Assembly: GCA_048881705.1 (NCBI GenBank)
Contig: JBHLSH010000003.1
Coordinates: 1 to 64,000, forward strand
DNA length: 64,000 bases
Direction: 5' to 3'
Source: Candidatus Heimdallarchaeota archaeon
GTDB lineage: Archaea; Asgardarchaeota; Heimdallarchaeia; Hodarchaeales; Hodarchaeaceae
The notes below the pieces were generated by a model. That model did not search any database and was not told the DNA's origin. It saw only the letters and a list, made by a program, of their open reading frames with translations. Shown here one piece after another: positions 29,463-43,100 of the stretch; position 1 is the first letter of the stretch; each line of letters opens with the position of its first letter. The translations under genes and the position numbers were made by a program.

Positions 29463-30584
29463 ATGGCGGTCAAGGAGAATACAATTCTTGTTGTGGGGAC
29501 TGGAACCATAGGAGAGCCGTTAACCGGGCTATTGGCGGATAAAGATATATCAAAACAACTTGGCATTGACGAATTGATATTCTACAAGCATACTCCAAGG
29601 GTTACTGATCGACCCATGATCAAAGGACTTTTATCGCGGGGAGCCCATATGTGTGTCCGCCAGGATAGGATCAACGATTTTCGCACGATTGGAGTGGAAC
29701 CAACTTATACGTTTGAAGATGCTCTGGCTCGTGCTAAAGTTGTGGTTGACTGTACCGCGGAAGGAATGGGAGTTAAGAATAAGATCATGCACTACGAGAA
29801 TGGGAATAATGTCCGTGCCTTCCTGGCCCAAGGCAGCGAAGCGGGATTTGGTCTTCCTTACGGCGTGGGTCTTAACGATGAAGTGCTTGGCCGGAAGAAC
29901 TCAAAGTTTATCCAAGTCGTCAGCTGTAACACGCATGCGGCCGCAAGGATCCTTAAAGACCTAGCCTTTGAAGAAAATGGCGATGGAAAGGGTCGAAGTA
30001 TCTTGGGAGAAGCACGGTTTGTTTTTATGCGGAGAGCAAGCGATGTTTCGCAAAATGGGTCATTCATAGCCGCCCCCTCTGTTGGACAGCATAAAGATCC
30101 GACCTTTGGCACCCATCATGCCAAAGATGTGTATAGATTATATAGTACGCTCGGATACCATCTCAACGTTTTCTCTAGCGCCATCAAGCTGAATACGCAA
30201 TATATGCATGTATCATCGTTTCACTTGGTTTTGGAAAAGGACAGGGCTCCTTCTTTGGAAGATGTCAAAGCACGATTCATCGAAGATCCATATGTCGCAG
30301 TAACGTATAAAACTGATGCCAATCTCATATTTAGCTTTGGCCGTGAGTACGGTCATTATGGCCGGATCTTAAACCAGGCAGTGATTGTTCTCCCCTCATT
30401 AGTGGTACGCAAGAGTCGTTTATTCACAGATAGCGTTGAAATCATCGGCTATTCGTACACTCCTCAGGATGGAAATTCTCTATTGAGCTCGACTTCCGCC
30501 GTAGCCTACTTTTTGAATCCAGAGGAAGTTATATTGGGGGAACCCCTTCCCAGCCTTAAACCATTCATGTTTACAGAAGTCTAG
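29463..30584 (+). CDS. gap: Divergent archaeal-type (class II) glyceraldehyde-3-phosphate dehydrogenase homolog
   Basis: Rossmann GTGTIG, VVDCT, AQGSE, catalytic VVSCNTH, RRASD, THHAKD. Confidence 0.75.
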   Translation: MAVKENTILVVGTGTIGEPLTGLLADKDISKQLGIDELIFYKHTPRVTDRPMIKGLLSRGAHMCVRQDRINDFRTIGVEPTYTFEDALARAKVVVDCTAEGMGVKNKIMHYENGNNVRAFLAQGSEAGFGLPYGVGLNDEVLGRKNSKFIQVVSCNTHAAARILKDLAFEENGDGKGRSILGEARFVFMRRASDVSQNGSFIAAPSVGQHKDPTFGTHHAKDVYRLYSTLGYHLNVFSSAIKLNTQYMHVSSFHLVLEKDRAPSLEDVKARFIEDPYVAVTYKTDANLIFSFGREYGHYGRILNQAVIVLPSLVVRKSRLFTDSVEIIGYSYTPQDGNSLLSSTSAVAYFLNPEEVILGEPLPSLKPFMFTEV

Positions 30585-30755
30585 GTAAGTTTTCTATATA
30601 AAACCGTATGCTGAGAACTTGTTTCCGATATTTTAATTTGCTTTACAAGGTTATAATACAATCCTTGGTGGATCAAGTTTAGAATTCGGATTCCTGCTTT
30701 TTAATTCTCATTTTGTTTAAGTTAAAACGACCAACTCCCCCAAAGAACCAATTAG

Positions 30756-31031
30756 CTGATCTGCCTACGACCTCTTGATTGGTTAAATTATGGAAAGGTT
30801 CCCAGATCATTCTGGAATAACACCACTTTTATTAATACCGTTGTTAATTTTTTACATCAAAATGTCATCTGCGGTGTTTTACCTCAAATAACTCTTGCGC
30901 TGTTTGGGATTCTATCGCTGGCTCACCCTGTCCTAGGAATATTAGCATGGAATGTCTCACACTTAGTGATATCGTCAAATGCCATTCAATCCTTCATCAT
31001 TGCCGGACAGGTTGGCCTGAATCTTAGATAG
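30756..31031 (+). pseudogene. Possible decayed C-terminal fragment of a heavy-metal (P1B) ATPase
   Basis: Start-less open frame translating ...GKVPRSFW...FLHQNVICGVLPQITLALFGILSLAHPVLGILAWNVSHLVISSNA. It is reminiscent of the last two TM helices of P1B ATPases (QN...P.LA.L.(H/M)..S...V..N). Confidence 0.25.
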
Positions 31032-31112
31032 AGAAGGACACGAGATGATTCGTTTTCTTCTGAACGGATCAAAGATCGACTTACCCTGATGACAATCTAT
31101 CATTGATGTAGG

Positions 31113-34100
31113 ATGAATATGCAATCATTGAATAATGAGTACGGGAAAAGATTCATCCTTGGCACGTTATTGATTTTTGTTGTTTTCCTTAGCTCTGTTC
31201 CCATACTCCTGCATTCACATTTAGCATCAGAACGATCTTCATTAGAGGAGGTGGAAATTGACCGACTTACAGGGCTAGAAACAAAAATCGAAATCCCAAG
31301 GCTTATGTCAGAATCTGGCGGTGAATTTATTTCTGATTTTATTGGAAGTACCGCGGCTAATCGATCCCATTCTCGTTTTTCCATTGGCCAGCGCGCGGGC
31401 CCTGGTGGAGGGAGCTATTCTGTCTATGATTCGTTTAATTGGACTGGTAGTGAAAGTCTTACAACCCAGAATACACTAACAGGGGGTTTACCTACCGATC
31501 GGTCTGATTCTCTCACTATCTCCAACCCTACGGGATTTTCCAGACAATACGGAGAATTCAATATCTCTGGAGTCACCGCTACCTCTGACTGGAGACTGAT
31601 TGAAAATCTAGATAATACTGGCCGGGGGCCTGTAAATTCGGATCCTAATGGACTGGGATATTATGAAGTGGCCATGTCGTTTAACATAACTGAAGAGTTC
31701 GCGAATATTACAAATCTAAGAATCATTAATGACTTTAATCCCCTTGGTTCGCCCCAAGGAACCTTATACATCGTCAATTCAACGGGGAGCGGGAATCCTG
31801 ATGATTCTCAGATCCTTTCAGAAAAACTGAGCTTACTGACGACTGGGGTTCAATGGGATACTTACACCTTCTCCAGTCCCGTCCTTCTCACAAAAGGAAC
31901 TTATTTTGTTGTTATGAACGACACATTGCAGGATCCATCTAATTACTGGCTCTGGTATTGGCAGCATGATCTAATTGATGACGGGAGTGAAGATGGAACG
32001 GCATATTATAAATCGTTTGATCATTCGACATGGCTTTCCTGGGGGATTGCAACTCTGCCACTTCAAATTGAAGCCCTTCCGGTCGAGTTCAACGGGGTAA
32101 ATTACGTGAACAAGAGCTATTATTCCCCTTCCGTTTTGGCATTCAGCTACAATACCTCTGTTGGGAACAGGGAACTGACATCTTTCACCTGGTTCACCTG
32201 GTTCGACACCACTACTCATTCCTTTAAAACTAACACTTCTGTCTCATTTGATTTGGCATTCATCGCCAACTATACATATTCACTAAACCCAATATCTGCT
32301 GCATCCTCTTATTTGGTCTCTAATAACTCCATTTCGATGTGGAACTTAACTTTTTCAACAACAAAAGCAAATATTACCCATAATATTCGGAATCACATTA
32401 TTCGAATTGTGGGGATCGAACCCAACTGGAACGGGACTTCAATTTACTGGAATGATTCCTCTATTCCAGAATACCCAAGTTTAACCAATAATGTGAATGT
32501 AACTTGGGATGGAGATCCCTTGCATAAGTACACCTTTGGTAATACAACAATGGTAGTCAATTCAAGTGCCCTTGCTGGAAACGTGACCTGGCGGGTGTTG
32601 TTTGAGGCCCCAAATTATCTATCATCGTTTAATATGTCTCGGGGCGCGTTGGGCCTCCAGTTGCCCTATGAAGCGAACGTAACTGATACTATAGATTTGA
32701 ATTTTGTAGTTCCCGAATCAGGGGGCAATATAAGCTATTGGATCGAATATTATGGATTAAGCGTGTACGCAAACCTGGATTTTGATTCCGTGAACCAAGA
32801 TATTACTGATCCTTGGAACATCAATGATAGTGTGTCTCAAACTACGAATGTGAACGGTACTTATAATCTTCAAGGATTCTGGATAAGTAGTGATAAAACC
32901 AAAGCCGGAACATTCACGAGAGATCTTAATGTAATCATAAACACAACCCTAACAGTTAATTCCACTGACTTTTTTACTGTGGTAATTGGAGAAAAAATAA
33001 CTCTTTGGGCAAACTACACCTCAAATCATAACTCTACGCCAGGTACATTATCACATATTAAAAACGCGAAAATTTGGGCCAATTCAAGCTGGCCGCAGAG
33101 TTCTAAACAGAATGTTACAATGAATCAGCCTTCAGGACAATATTACAATTCCTCTTTTACAACTGATGGAGAGCTACCTGGCACTACAGGAACTATTGCA
33201 GTTACTACTCAATTGGAATGGTTTGTGAATTGGACGATTGTCCTTACTGTTAAATTTATAGGGGATTCTGGTCTTACTGCTAATGTCACAAGTATTTCCT
33301 TGGAATGGCGTGAGAACGCCACCATTCGGGTCGATTATAACGATACCTCAGGGGCTTCCATAGGAGGAGGAACGATTACTGTTGATGGAAACAATGCCAT
33401 AGAAACCAATAATATATACTATTATCAATTGAATACAACAGATTATGCTGGAATCGGGACTTATTCAAATCTTGTGATCAACGCAACCCATCCAGATTAT
33501 GTTTCCAAAGAAATAGTTTTTACTCTGGTTATCACTCCAGGAAACACAGATATCGCTGGCCGAAGTGGCGGGCAAGCGTTAACCAATATCACTGGAGGCG
33601 TTTCAAAATCCTATGCGAACAGTTCCGCGGATGATCTTTCCATCAATCTACGTTACTATTATATATTAGCAGATGATACATTAAATACAGGTATACCAAC
33701 TGTTGTTTCACGGATCCCATATGACGCACCCGTGGAAGAGTCCAACTTTACATGGACAATTTTCTTCCATCCTAACGAAACGGGGGCTTTTTTGATAAAT
33801 GTTACATTTGCCTTAACCAATTATAATAGTAGTACCTTTGTTTTCAATTTAACTATCGCAAAATCCAACACAGCGATTTATTCAGAGATTGGAACGTCTG
33901 CAACCACCTATTATAATGAGAGTCTCGACTTTTTCCTATTATATAATAATACGGATTATAATGAGAATATTTCGGGATTATCTGAAGGAGCAGGTATAAC
34001 GCTAAATAACACGAACGTGAGTTTCCTGAACCGTACAGGAGAATACTACTGGTTCCGTATTAGTCCTACCACGTTACCAGTGGGGATTCATTCCACGAAT

Positions 34101-37100
34101 ATTACGTTCGAGCATGTTTACTTTGAATCGAGTTTCATAATAGTGAGTTTTGAGGTTCTACCACGTCCCACCGACCTCACAGGGCGGTTTGGGAGTCAAC
34201 CCTTGATTAACGATTCAACTGTTATCACCCAGTTCTTTGCCAATAGTTCCGCGGATAATTTGATTATTAATCTTGAGTATTATGATGTTCTGACCTCCAA
34301 TGTCCTAGATACGAGTATACCTCTAGTTGTATCCCTGATCCCGAACATAGGCACCCTTAGGGAGAGCAATTTGTCTTGGACGTTAACCTTCAATCCAAAT
34401 CAGACGGGAGTATTTCTCATCAATATTACGTTCAACCTGACCAACTATACTGATGCTCTCTTCATTTTCCATTTGACAATCAACAAAGCCCAAACGGCTA
34501 TTTATAGCAGCTTGTCAACCGGTTTTACAACCTATCATGGTGTGAATTTCGACTTTTTCCTCCTATACAACAATACCAATTATAATGAGAATATCACAGG
34601 GTTAACAGCGGGTGGAGGGATTGTTCTCAATAATACCAATGTAAGCTTCCTTAACCGTACGGGAGATTTATACTGGTTCCGCTTAAACCCAATATCGTTA
34701 ATGGTTGGATCATACGCCACCAACATTACCTTTTCGCATATCTATTTCGAATCTAGCTTCATAGTGGTGAGTTTCGAAGTTTTGCCTAGGCCCACCGACC
34801 TCACAGGACAGTCTGGGAGTCAACCCCTGATTAACGATACAACTATTATCATCCAGCTCTTTGCCAACAGTACTGCGGATAGTGTGAAAATCAATCTTGA
34901 GTATTATGATGTTCTGACCTCCAATGTCCTAGATACTGGCACTCCTCTAGTTGTATCCCTCATCCCGAACATAGGTACCATCAAGGAGGGCAATTTGTCC
35001 TGGACTCTAACCTTCAATCCCAACCAGACAGGGCTCTTCCTCATCAATGTCACTTTTAGCTTGACCAACTATACGGATGCCCTTTTCATCTTCCATTTGA
35101 CGGTCTCTAAAGCGCAAACAAGTCTCTACAGTAATTTGTCCCCTACTCCCACGGTTTATTACGACGAGAGCTTTGATTTCTTCCTCCTGTACAATAACAC
35201 CAACTATAATGAGAATATCACAGGATTGCTTGAAGGATCAGGAATCACTCTTAACAATACGTATATTAATTTCTTAAATCGGACAGGGGCTCATTACTGG
35301 TTCCGTCTAAGTCCAAATGCCCTAACTTTAGGAATATACGCTACCAATATCACCTTTACGCATATCTATTTTGAATCTACTAGCATAATAGTGAGTTTTG
35401 AGGTTCTACCAAGGCTTACCGATCTCACGGGACAGTTTGGGAGTCAACCCCTAATTAATGATACAACCATTATTGCCCAGTTCTTTGCTAACAGCTCTGC
35501 TGATAGCGTGGCTATCAACTTGGAATATTACGACATTTTCACCTCTAATGTCCTAGATACGGGTTCGCCGCTAATTATGACACTCATCCCTGTCATAGGC
35601 TTTGTCAAGGAGGCCAATCGTTCTTGGACTTTGACTTTTAACCCGAACCAGACTGGAAACTTCCTCATCAATATCACCTTCAGTTTAACCAACTATTCCG
35701 ATGCCCTCTTTATTTTCCATTTAACAATAAATAAGGCGCAAACAGATACTTATAATAGTTTATCCCCTACTCCTACGGTTTATCACAACGACAGCTTTGA
35801 TTTCTTCCTCCTGTACAATAATACCAATTATAATGAGAATATCACGGGGTTAACGCTAGGTTCGGGGATTACTCTAAATAATACGAATATAAATTTCCTC
35901 AATCGGACCGGAGATCATTACTGGTTCCGTTTAAGTCCAACCACCCTTTCTCTCGGACTTCACGCCACGAATATTACTTTTGAACATGTTTACTTTGAAT
36001 CGAGTTTCATAGTGGTGAGTTTCGAGGTTTTACCTCGTCCTACCGACCTCACAGGACAATCTGGGAGTCAACCCCTGATTAATGATACAACCGTTATCAT
36101 TAAGTTCTTTGCTAACAGCTCTGCTGATAGCGTGGTTATCAACTTAGAATACTACGATGTATTCTCCTCTAATGTCTTGGATACGAGTTTACCGTTGATT
36201 TTGACTCTCATCCCTCTCACAGGTACAGTCAAGGAGGCGAACCTGTCCTGGACCTTGACTTTTAACCCGAATCAGACTGGTGTATTTCTCATTAACATTT
36301 CTTTTAGTCTGGCTAATTATACTGCAGCTCTCTTCGTCTTCCACTTAACGGTTTCTAAAGCCCAAACTGGAATCTATAGTAGCCTACCCCCTGATCCTGA
36401 AGTTTACTACAATGAAAGCGTGGATTTCTTCCTAGTCTATAACAATACCAACTATAATGAGAACATTACAGGATTAACGGTAGGATCGGCCATTACTCTT
36501 AACAATACGTTTATTGGTTTTCTAAACCGTACAGGGGATCACTACTGGTTCCGTTTAAGCCAAGTTACGATACCACTCGGGAACTATGCAACAAATATCA
36601 CCTTCAGTCATATTTACTTCGAAACTAGTTTCATCATTATAAGTTTTAACGTTCTAGCCCGTCCTAGCGATATCAGGGGGCAATACAGCGGTCAACCAAT
36701 CATCAATGATAGCACGATCATCAACCAATATTTTGCCAATAGCTCAGCAGATAGTGTGGTTATCAATCTTGAGTATTATGATGTCTTAACCTCAACTGTC
36801 CTAGATACGGGTGTTCCGCTTGTCGTATCCCTCATCCCGACGGTAGGCACGGTAAAAGAAAGTAACCTGTCCTGGACCTTGACTTTTGATCCCGATCAGA
36901 CTGGGGCTTTCCTCATCAATGTCACCTTCAACTTGACTAACCATACGGATGCTCTCTTCATCTTCCACTTAACGGTCTCCAAAGCCCAGACAAGTATCTA
37001 CGGTAGTTTATCCCTTGGTGCCACAGTCTACTACAATGAGAGTCTCGATTTTTTCCTTTTGTACAATAATACCAATTATAATGAGAATATCACGGGGTTA

Positions 37101-40100
37101 ACGGAGGGAGTAGGCATAACACTCAATAATACAAAAATAAATTTCCTGAATCGCACAGGAAACCAGTACTGGTTCCGCCTAGGTTCATCTACCTTACCAC
37201 TTGGGATTCATTCCACGAATATTACATTCGAGCATGTTTATTTTGAATCGAGTTTCATTGTGGCGAATTTTGAGGTTCTACCTCGTCCCACAGACCTCAC
37301 GGGGCAGTCTGGGAGTCAACCCCTAATTAATGATACAACCATAATAAACCAGTATTTTGCCAATAGCTCCGTAGATAGTGTGACAATCAATCTTGAGTAT
37401 TATGATCTCTTAACCTCCAATATCTTGGATACGGGTGTTCCGCTTGTCGTATCTCTCATCCCGACGACAGGCACCGTAAAAGAAAGCAACCTGTCCTGGA
37501 CCTTGACTTTTAATCCCAATCGTTCAGGGAACTTCTTCATCAATATCACCTTCAGTTTGGCAAATTATACTGATGCCTTGTTTATTTTCCATCTAACTGT
37601 ATTCAAGGCTACAACATCTATCTATAATAGTCTACTCCCTGATCCTAAAGCCTATTATAGTGAAAGTGTCGACTTCTTCCTCCTGTACAACAATACTAAC
37701 TACAATGAAAATATTACGGGATTACTTGAAGGTTCTGGAATTAATCTTAACAATACGTACGTTTCCTTCCTGAACCGGACTGGAAACAATTATTGGTTTC
37801 GCTTAAACGCAAATTCACAAACAATTGGATCTTATACAACCAACATTACCTTCTCACATGTAGATTTCGAATCTAGCTCCATTATAGTGAGTTATGAGGT
37901 TTTAGCTCGGCCAACCAGTATCACTGGGCAATATGGGAGTCAACCACTTACCAATGATACCACCATTATTACGAGGTTTTTTGCGAACAGCTCCGCTGAT
38001 AATGTAATAATCAATCTTGAGTATTATGATGTCTTAACCTCCAATGTCTTGGATACGGGTGGTCCGTTTGTCCTATCCCTCATCCCAAGCACAGGCACCA
38101 TAAAAGAAAGTAACCTGTCCTGGACCTTGACTTTTAATCCCAATCGGACCGGGACCTTCCTCATCAATATCACCTTCAGCTTGCTAAATCATTCTGATGC
38201 CTTGTTTATTTTCCATTTGACTGTTTTGAAAGCCACAACAGCAATTTACAGTGAATTACCTGCAAATTCATTGCTCTATTACAGTGAAAGCATGGACTTC
38301 TTTCTCCTATATAACAATACTAACTACAATGAGAATATAACGGGCTTAACGGTGGGATCGGGCATCAGTCTTAATAATACGTACCTCATATTTCTTAATC
38401 AGACCGGAGATTTTTACTGGTTCCGTTTGAATCCTGTCGCTTTGCCCCTTGGAATATACGGTACGAATATCACCTTTGAACACGTTTATTTTAAATCTAG
38501 TTTCATCCTGGTGAGTTTCGAGGTTTTACCGCGTACTACCGACCTCACGGGACAGACCGGGAGTCAACCCCTGATTAATGATACAACGGTTATCACCCAG
38601 TTCTTTGCTAATAGTTCCGCCGATAGTGTGACAATCAATCTCGAGTATTATGATGTATTAACCTCCAATGTTTTGGATACGAGTGCTCCGTTTGTTGTAT
38701 CTCTCATCCCGACGACAGGCACCGTAAAAGAAAGCAACCTGTCCTGGACCTTGACTTTTAACCCCAATCAGACTGGTATCTTCTTAATTAATGTCTCCTT
38801 CAGCTTGGCAAATCATACCGATGCCCTCTTTGTATTTCATTTAACAGTTAATAAAGCCCCAACAGCTGCCTACAACAGCTTACCTACTGATCCTAAAGCC
38901 TATTATAATGAAAGTGTTGATTTTTTCCTTGTTTACAACAACACCTACTACAATGAAAACATCACGGGTTTGATAGTGGGGTCGGGCATCGCTCTTAATA
39001 ATTCCAAGGTCAGTTTTCTTAATCGAACGGGAGACCAGTACTGGTTCCGCTTAAGTCCATCTACCCTACCGCTTGGGATTCAGGTTACCAATATTAGCTT
39101 TTCACATGTATACTTTGAATCCAGCTCCATAGTGGTGAATTTCGAGGTTATACCTAGGCCGACCGATCTCACGGGACAGTTTGGGAGTCAACCCCTAATT
39201 AATGATACAACCATTATTGCCCAGTTCTTTGCTAATAGCTCTGCTGATAGCGTGGCTATCAACTTGGAATATTACGACGTGTTTTCTTCAAACGTCCTAG
39301 ATACGAGTTTACCCCAAATTTATTCCCTCATCCCGAGCACAGGCACGGTAAAAGAAAGTAACCTGTCCTGGACCTTGACTTTTAATCCCAATCAGACAGG
39401 AATCTTTCTCATCAATGTCACTTTCAGTTTGGCAAATCATACTAATGCCCTTTTCATTTTCCATCTTACAGTCGACCAAGCGCTGACAGATATTTACAAT
39501 GAATTACCACCCATTTCGTTGGTCTACTATAACGAGAGTTCTGATTTCTTTCTCCTCTATAATAATACCAATTACAACGAAAACATAACTGGGTTAACGG
39601 ATAACGATGGTATAACAATTAACAACAGTAATATTGTTTTCCTGAACCGAACTGGCAATTATTATTGGTTTCGCCTAACGCCAAATCCCATAGGTCCAGA
39701 AACCTACGGTACGAATATTACGTTTGGACATGTTTACTTTGAATCTAGTAGCGTAGTGGTGCTTTTCGAAGTTTTGCCTAGACCAACCGATATTACTGGT
39801 CAGTTCGGGAGTCAACCTCTAATTAATGATACAACCGTGATCTTTCAATATTTTTCCAACGGCTCCGTTGATAGTGTAACAATCAATTTTGACTATTATG
39901 ATGTTTTTACAAGTAATACTCTTGACTCAGATGCTCCTCAAGTTGAATCCCTCATTCCAATCTCAAGTACATCCCAAGAAAGCAATCTATCCTGGACCTT
40001 AACATTTAACCCAAATCAAACTGGAGTATTCCTAATTAATATCACCATTGGCTTAACTAATTACACCGATGCCCTCTTTGTATTTCATTTGACAGTTAAT

Positions 40101-43100
40101 AAAGCCACAACAGCTATCTACAATGGCCTGCCACCTGATCCCACCCTTTATTACGGTCTATCCACCGATTTTTACCTGCTTTTCAATAACACGATTTATA
40201 ATGAGAATATCACGGGATTAACAGAAGGAACAGGTATCATCCTTAATAACACTAATGTAAGCTTCCTCAATCGAACGGGAGACCTTTATTGGTTTCGACT
40301 AAGCCCGATTTCCCTCGCAGTCGGGATTTACGCAACCAATATCACCTTATCCCACGCAGATTTCGAATCGAGTTTCGTAGTAATTAGTTTTGAGGTTTTG
40401 CCGAGTCCAACTGGTATTAATGGGCAATACGGTAGTCAACCACTTACCAATGATTCGACCGTTGTTAATTTGTTTTTCGCCAACAGTACAGCGGATAGTA
40501 TAAGTTTCAATCTTGAGTATTATGATACTTTGACTTCTAATGTCCTGAATACGGGTTTTCCTCTGATCCTCTCTATGATTCCGACCACAAGTACCGTTAA
40601 AGAGAGCAATTTATCTTGGACGTTGACCTTCAATCCTAATATGTCCGGAATCTTCCTTATTAACTTCACCTTCAACCTAGCCAATTATGAAAGCGCCCAC
40701 TTTATTTTGCATTTAACCGTCGAGAAAGCCCAAACCTCGATTTATAACGGGTTTCAAAGTGTTTCCGCCGTCTATTACGATTTACCGACCGATTTTTACC
40801 TGCTTTTCAATAACACAAATTATAATGAGAATATCACGGGCTTAACAGTCGGTTCGGGGATCACTCTCAATAATACCAAGGTCAGTTTTCTTAATCGCAC
40901 AGCCGATTATTATTGGTTCCGCATTAGTTCAACTACACTACCACTGGGGAATCACGCCACCAATATTACCTTCGATCACGCCTACTTTGAATCCAGCTCC
41001 GTTGTCATTTCCTTCGACATCATTACGCACCCCACCGATATGGTAGGAAGGCAGGGTGGTCAGCTTCTAGTAAACGATACAACAATTGTTACAAGATATT
41101 TCTCAAATAGTTCTGGAGATGCCGTGATTATCAATCTCGCATACCTTAGTGGAATAAATGGTACCATCCTTGATACAAATACCCCCCAAGTTGTTTCAAT
41201 GATTCCAATCACGGGTACCGTAAAGGAAAGCAACCTTTCTTGGACCTTTACATTTAATCCAAACAAGACTGGAATTTTCCTCATAAATGTCACTGCTACC
41301 CTAGCTAACTACGAAGATGCGCTATTTATATTCCATTTTTCTGTTAACAAAGCCCCCACAGCCATTTACAATAGTCTCCCCCTAAATCCAGATATTGCCT
41401 ATGATACCGTTTTGGACTTTTTCTTAATATACAATAACACCAAATATAACGAGAATATCACGGGATTGACCGAGGGTTCGGGAATCATCATTAATAACAC
41501 CGATGTGGGTTTCCTTAACCGCACAGGAGACTTATATTGGTTCCGCTTGAGTCCATCGCCAATATCTCCTGGATTTCACGCTACAAATATCACATTTTTG
41601 CATTTGGACTTCGAAAGTAGCGCAATAATTATCAATTTCAATGTATTCAACAGGTCTTTAATCATTGATAATCTCCTCTCCAATCCAGGGAGTGGGCAGA
41701 ATATTGATTATTTATTGTTTGGAGAAGTGTTTTATTTTAACGTTTTCATAAACGATAGTCTAACACTATTGCCTATTAACTCCTCTTCCGTTTTTCTCCC
41801 GAATTATGTTGTATTTCTAGGGACAGTTAAAGAAGGGAACCATTCCTTCAGTTTTAACGCCTCAAAGATCGGTCAGTTCTTAGATCTAAAAATAGTATTT
41901 GCTTTGGAGAATTATGAATCGGTAACATATAACATCTCCTTTGTTGTTGCTCCTGCAATAACAGGCTTTGGACTAGGAACTACTCCCGTTAACGGTTCCA
42001 TACTAGGTAACACAGGAGATTTTTGGCTTACGGATTCACGTAACATTTCAATTCGATGGATAGAGACAGTATATGGATCAAGCATCACTGATCCGACCCC
42101 AGAGCTTTTTGGTGATTGGGTAGGATTCATAACATATATAGAATTTTCTAAAGATGGAAGACACATTTTTTCGCTTAATGGTACAAAATTAGGAAGTTTT
42201 CGCATTTCCATTATCTTTGAGACACAAAATTATTCAAAATCAATATTCCTCATAGAGTTTAATATTAGTGTGATCCCAACGTTCGAACCTGTGGTTACAT
42301 TTCCGTCGGAACTTATTGTCGGGCAACTATTCCCAATCTCACTGGAACAATGGTTGAGCCTACAAACTCTAAGTGTGCCGCTTTGGGAGATCCATGTTCT
42401 CAATGGAAGTTCATCCATATTTGCTATGTCGGATCATTCGCAGACTTTTCCTATCACCATAAATATCTCAACTGAAAACTTTAGACAAGGGATTCATACT
42501 CTGACGATTTTTCTAACGAGTACCTACGGATACGAGAACCAAACATTCGAAATCACGTTTAATTTGATTGGAAGAGAAATTCTGATTACCATTTTAAGAG
42601 ATCCAGAAGTGCTCGTTCAAGGCGCCGATTTCACAATAATAGCTATTCTTGAGTACGCCTCTCTGAGGACTCATTTGAGTGGAATTGGGGCTGGAATAAC
42701 CCTTTCGTCTTTGGAAGGGATGCCAGTAACATTTAAAGTCGATATACTTTATTTAAACGGCACCGTCAAAACATTAACACATTCTACCGAAGCTAATGCA
42801 ACAGGAGTGGCAACATTCTTGGTGGGAGGTCAATTTACTCATAATGCTGATGGGATTCAGGGAATCACCGTAACCACTGGAATTAATGCCTCAGCTAAAA
42901 GCAGTTCGGCTACCACCCCATCGAATTTTATTGATGACAATAAGTTTGCTTCTGAAGGAGGGGATGATCCTCTGAGCCCCTTGTATCCCCTAATCTGGGT
43001 TTCCCCCCTAATAGTGTTTTTGATATTTATGACGCCCGTCCTTCAGAAAGTAAATCGAAGAAGAAAAAAGGATGGTTCAAAAGTGCAAAGAATAGAAACA

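Noticed and set aside
31100-31384. 94-aa antisense ORF over the start of the giant gene, and the other short antisense ORFs in the track
   Set aside because: All lie within longer, motif-supported genes and show no independent family signal.
33537-41648. Repeat array considered as CRISPR, DGR template/variable repeats or an assembly duplication
   Set aside because: The units are in-frame 624-bp coding repeats without spacers, no cas or reverse transcriptase gene is present, and the units differ at many positions.
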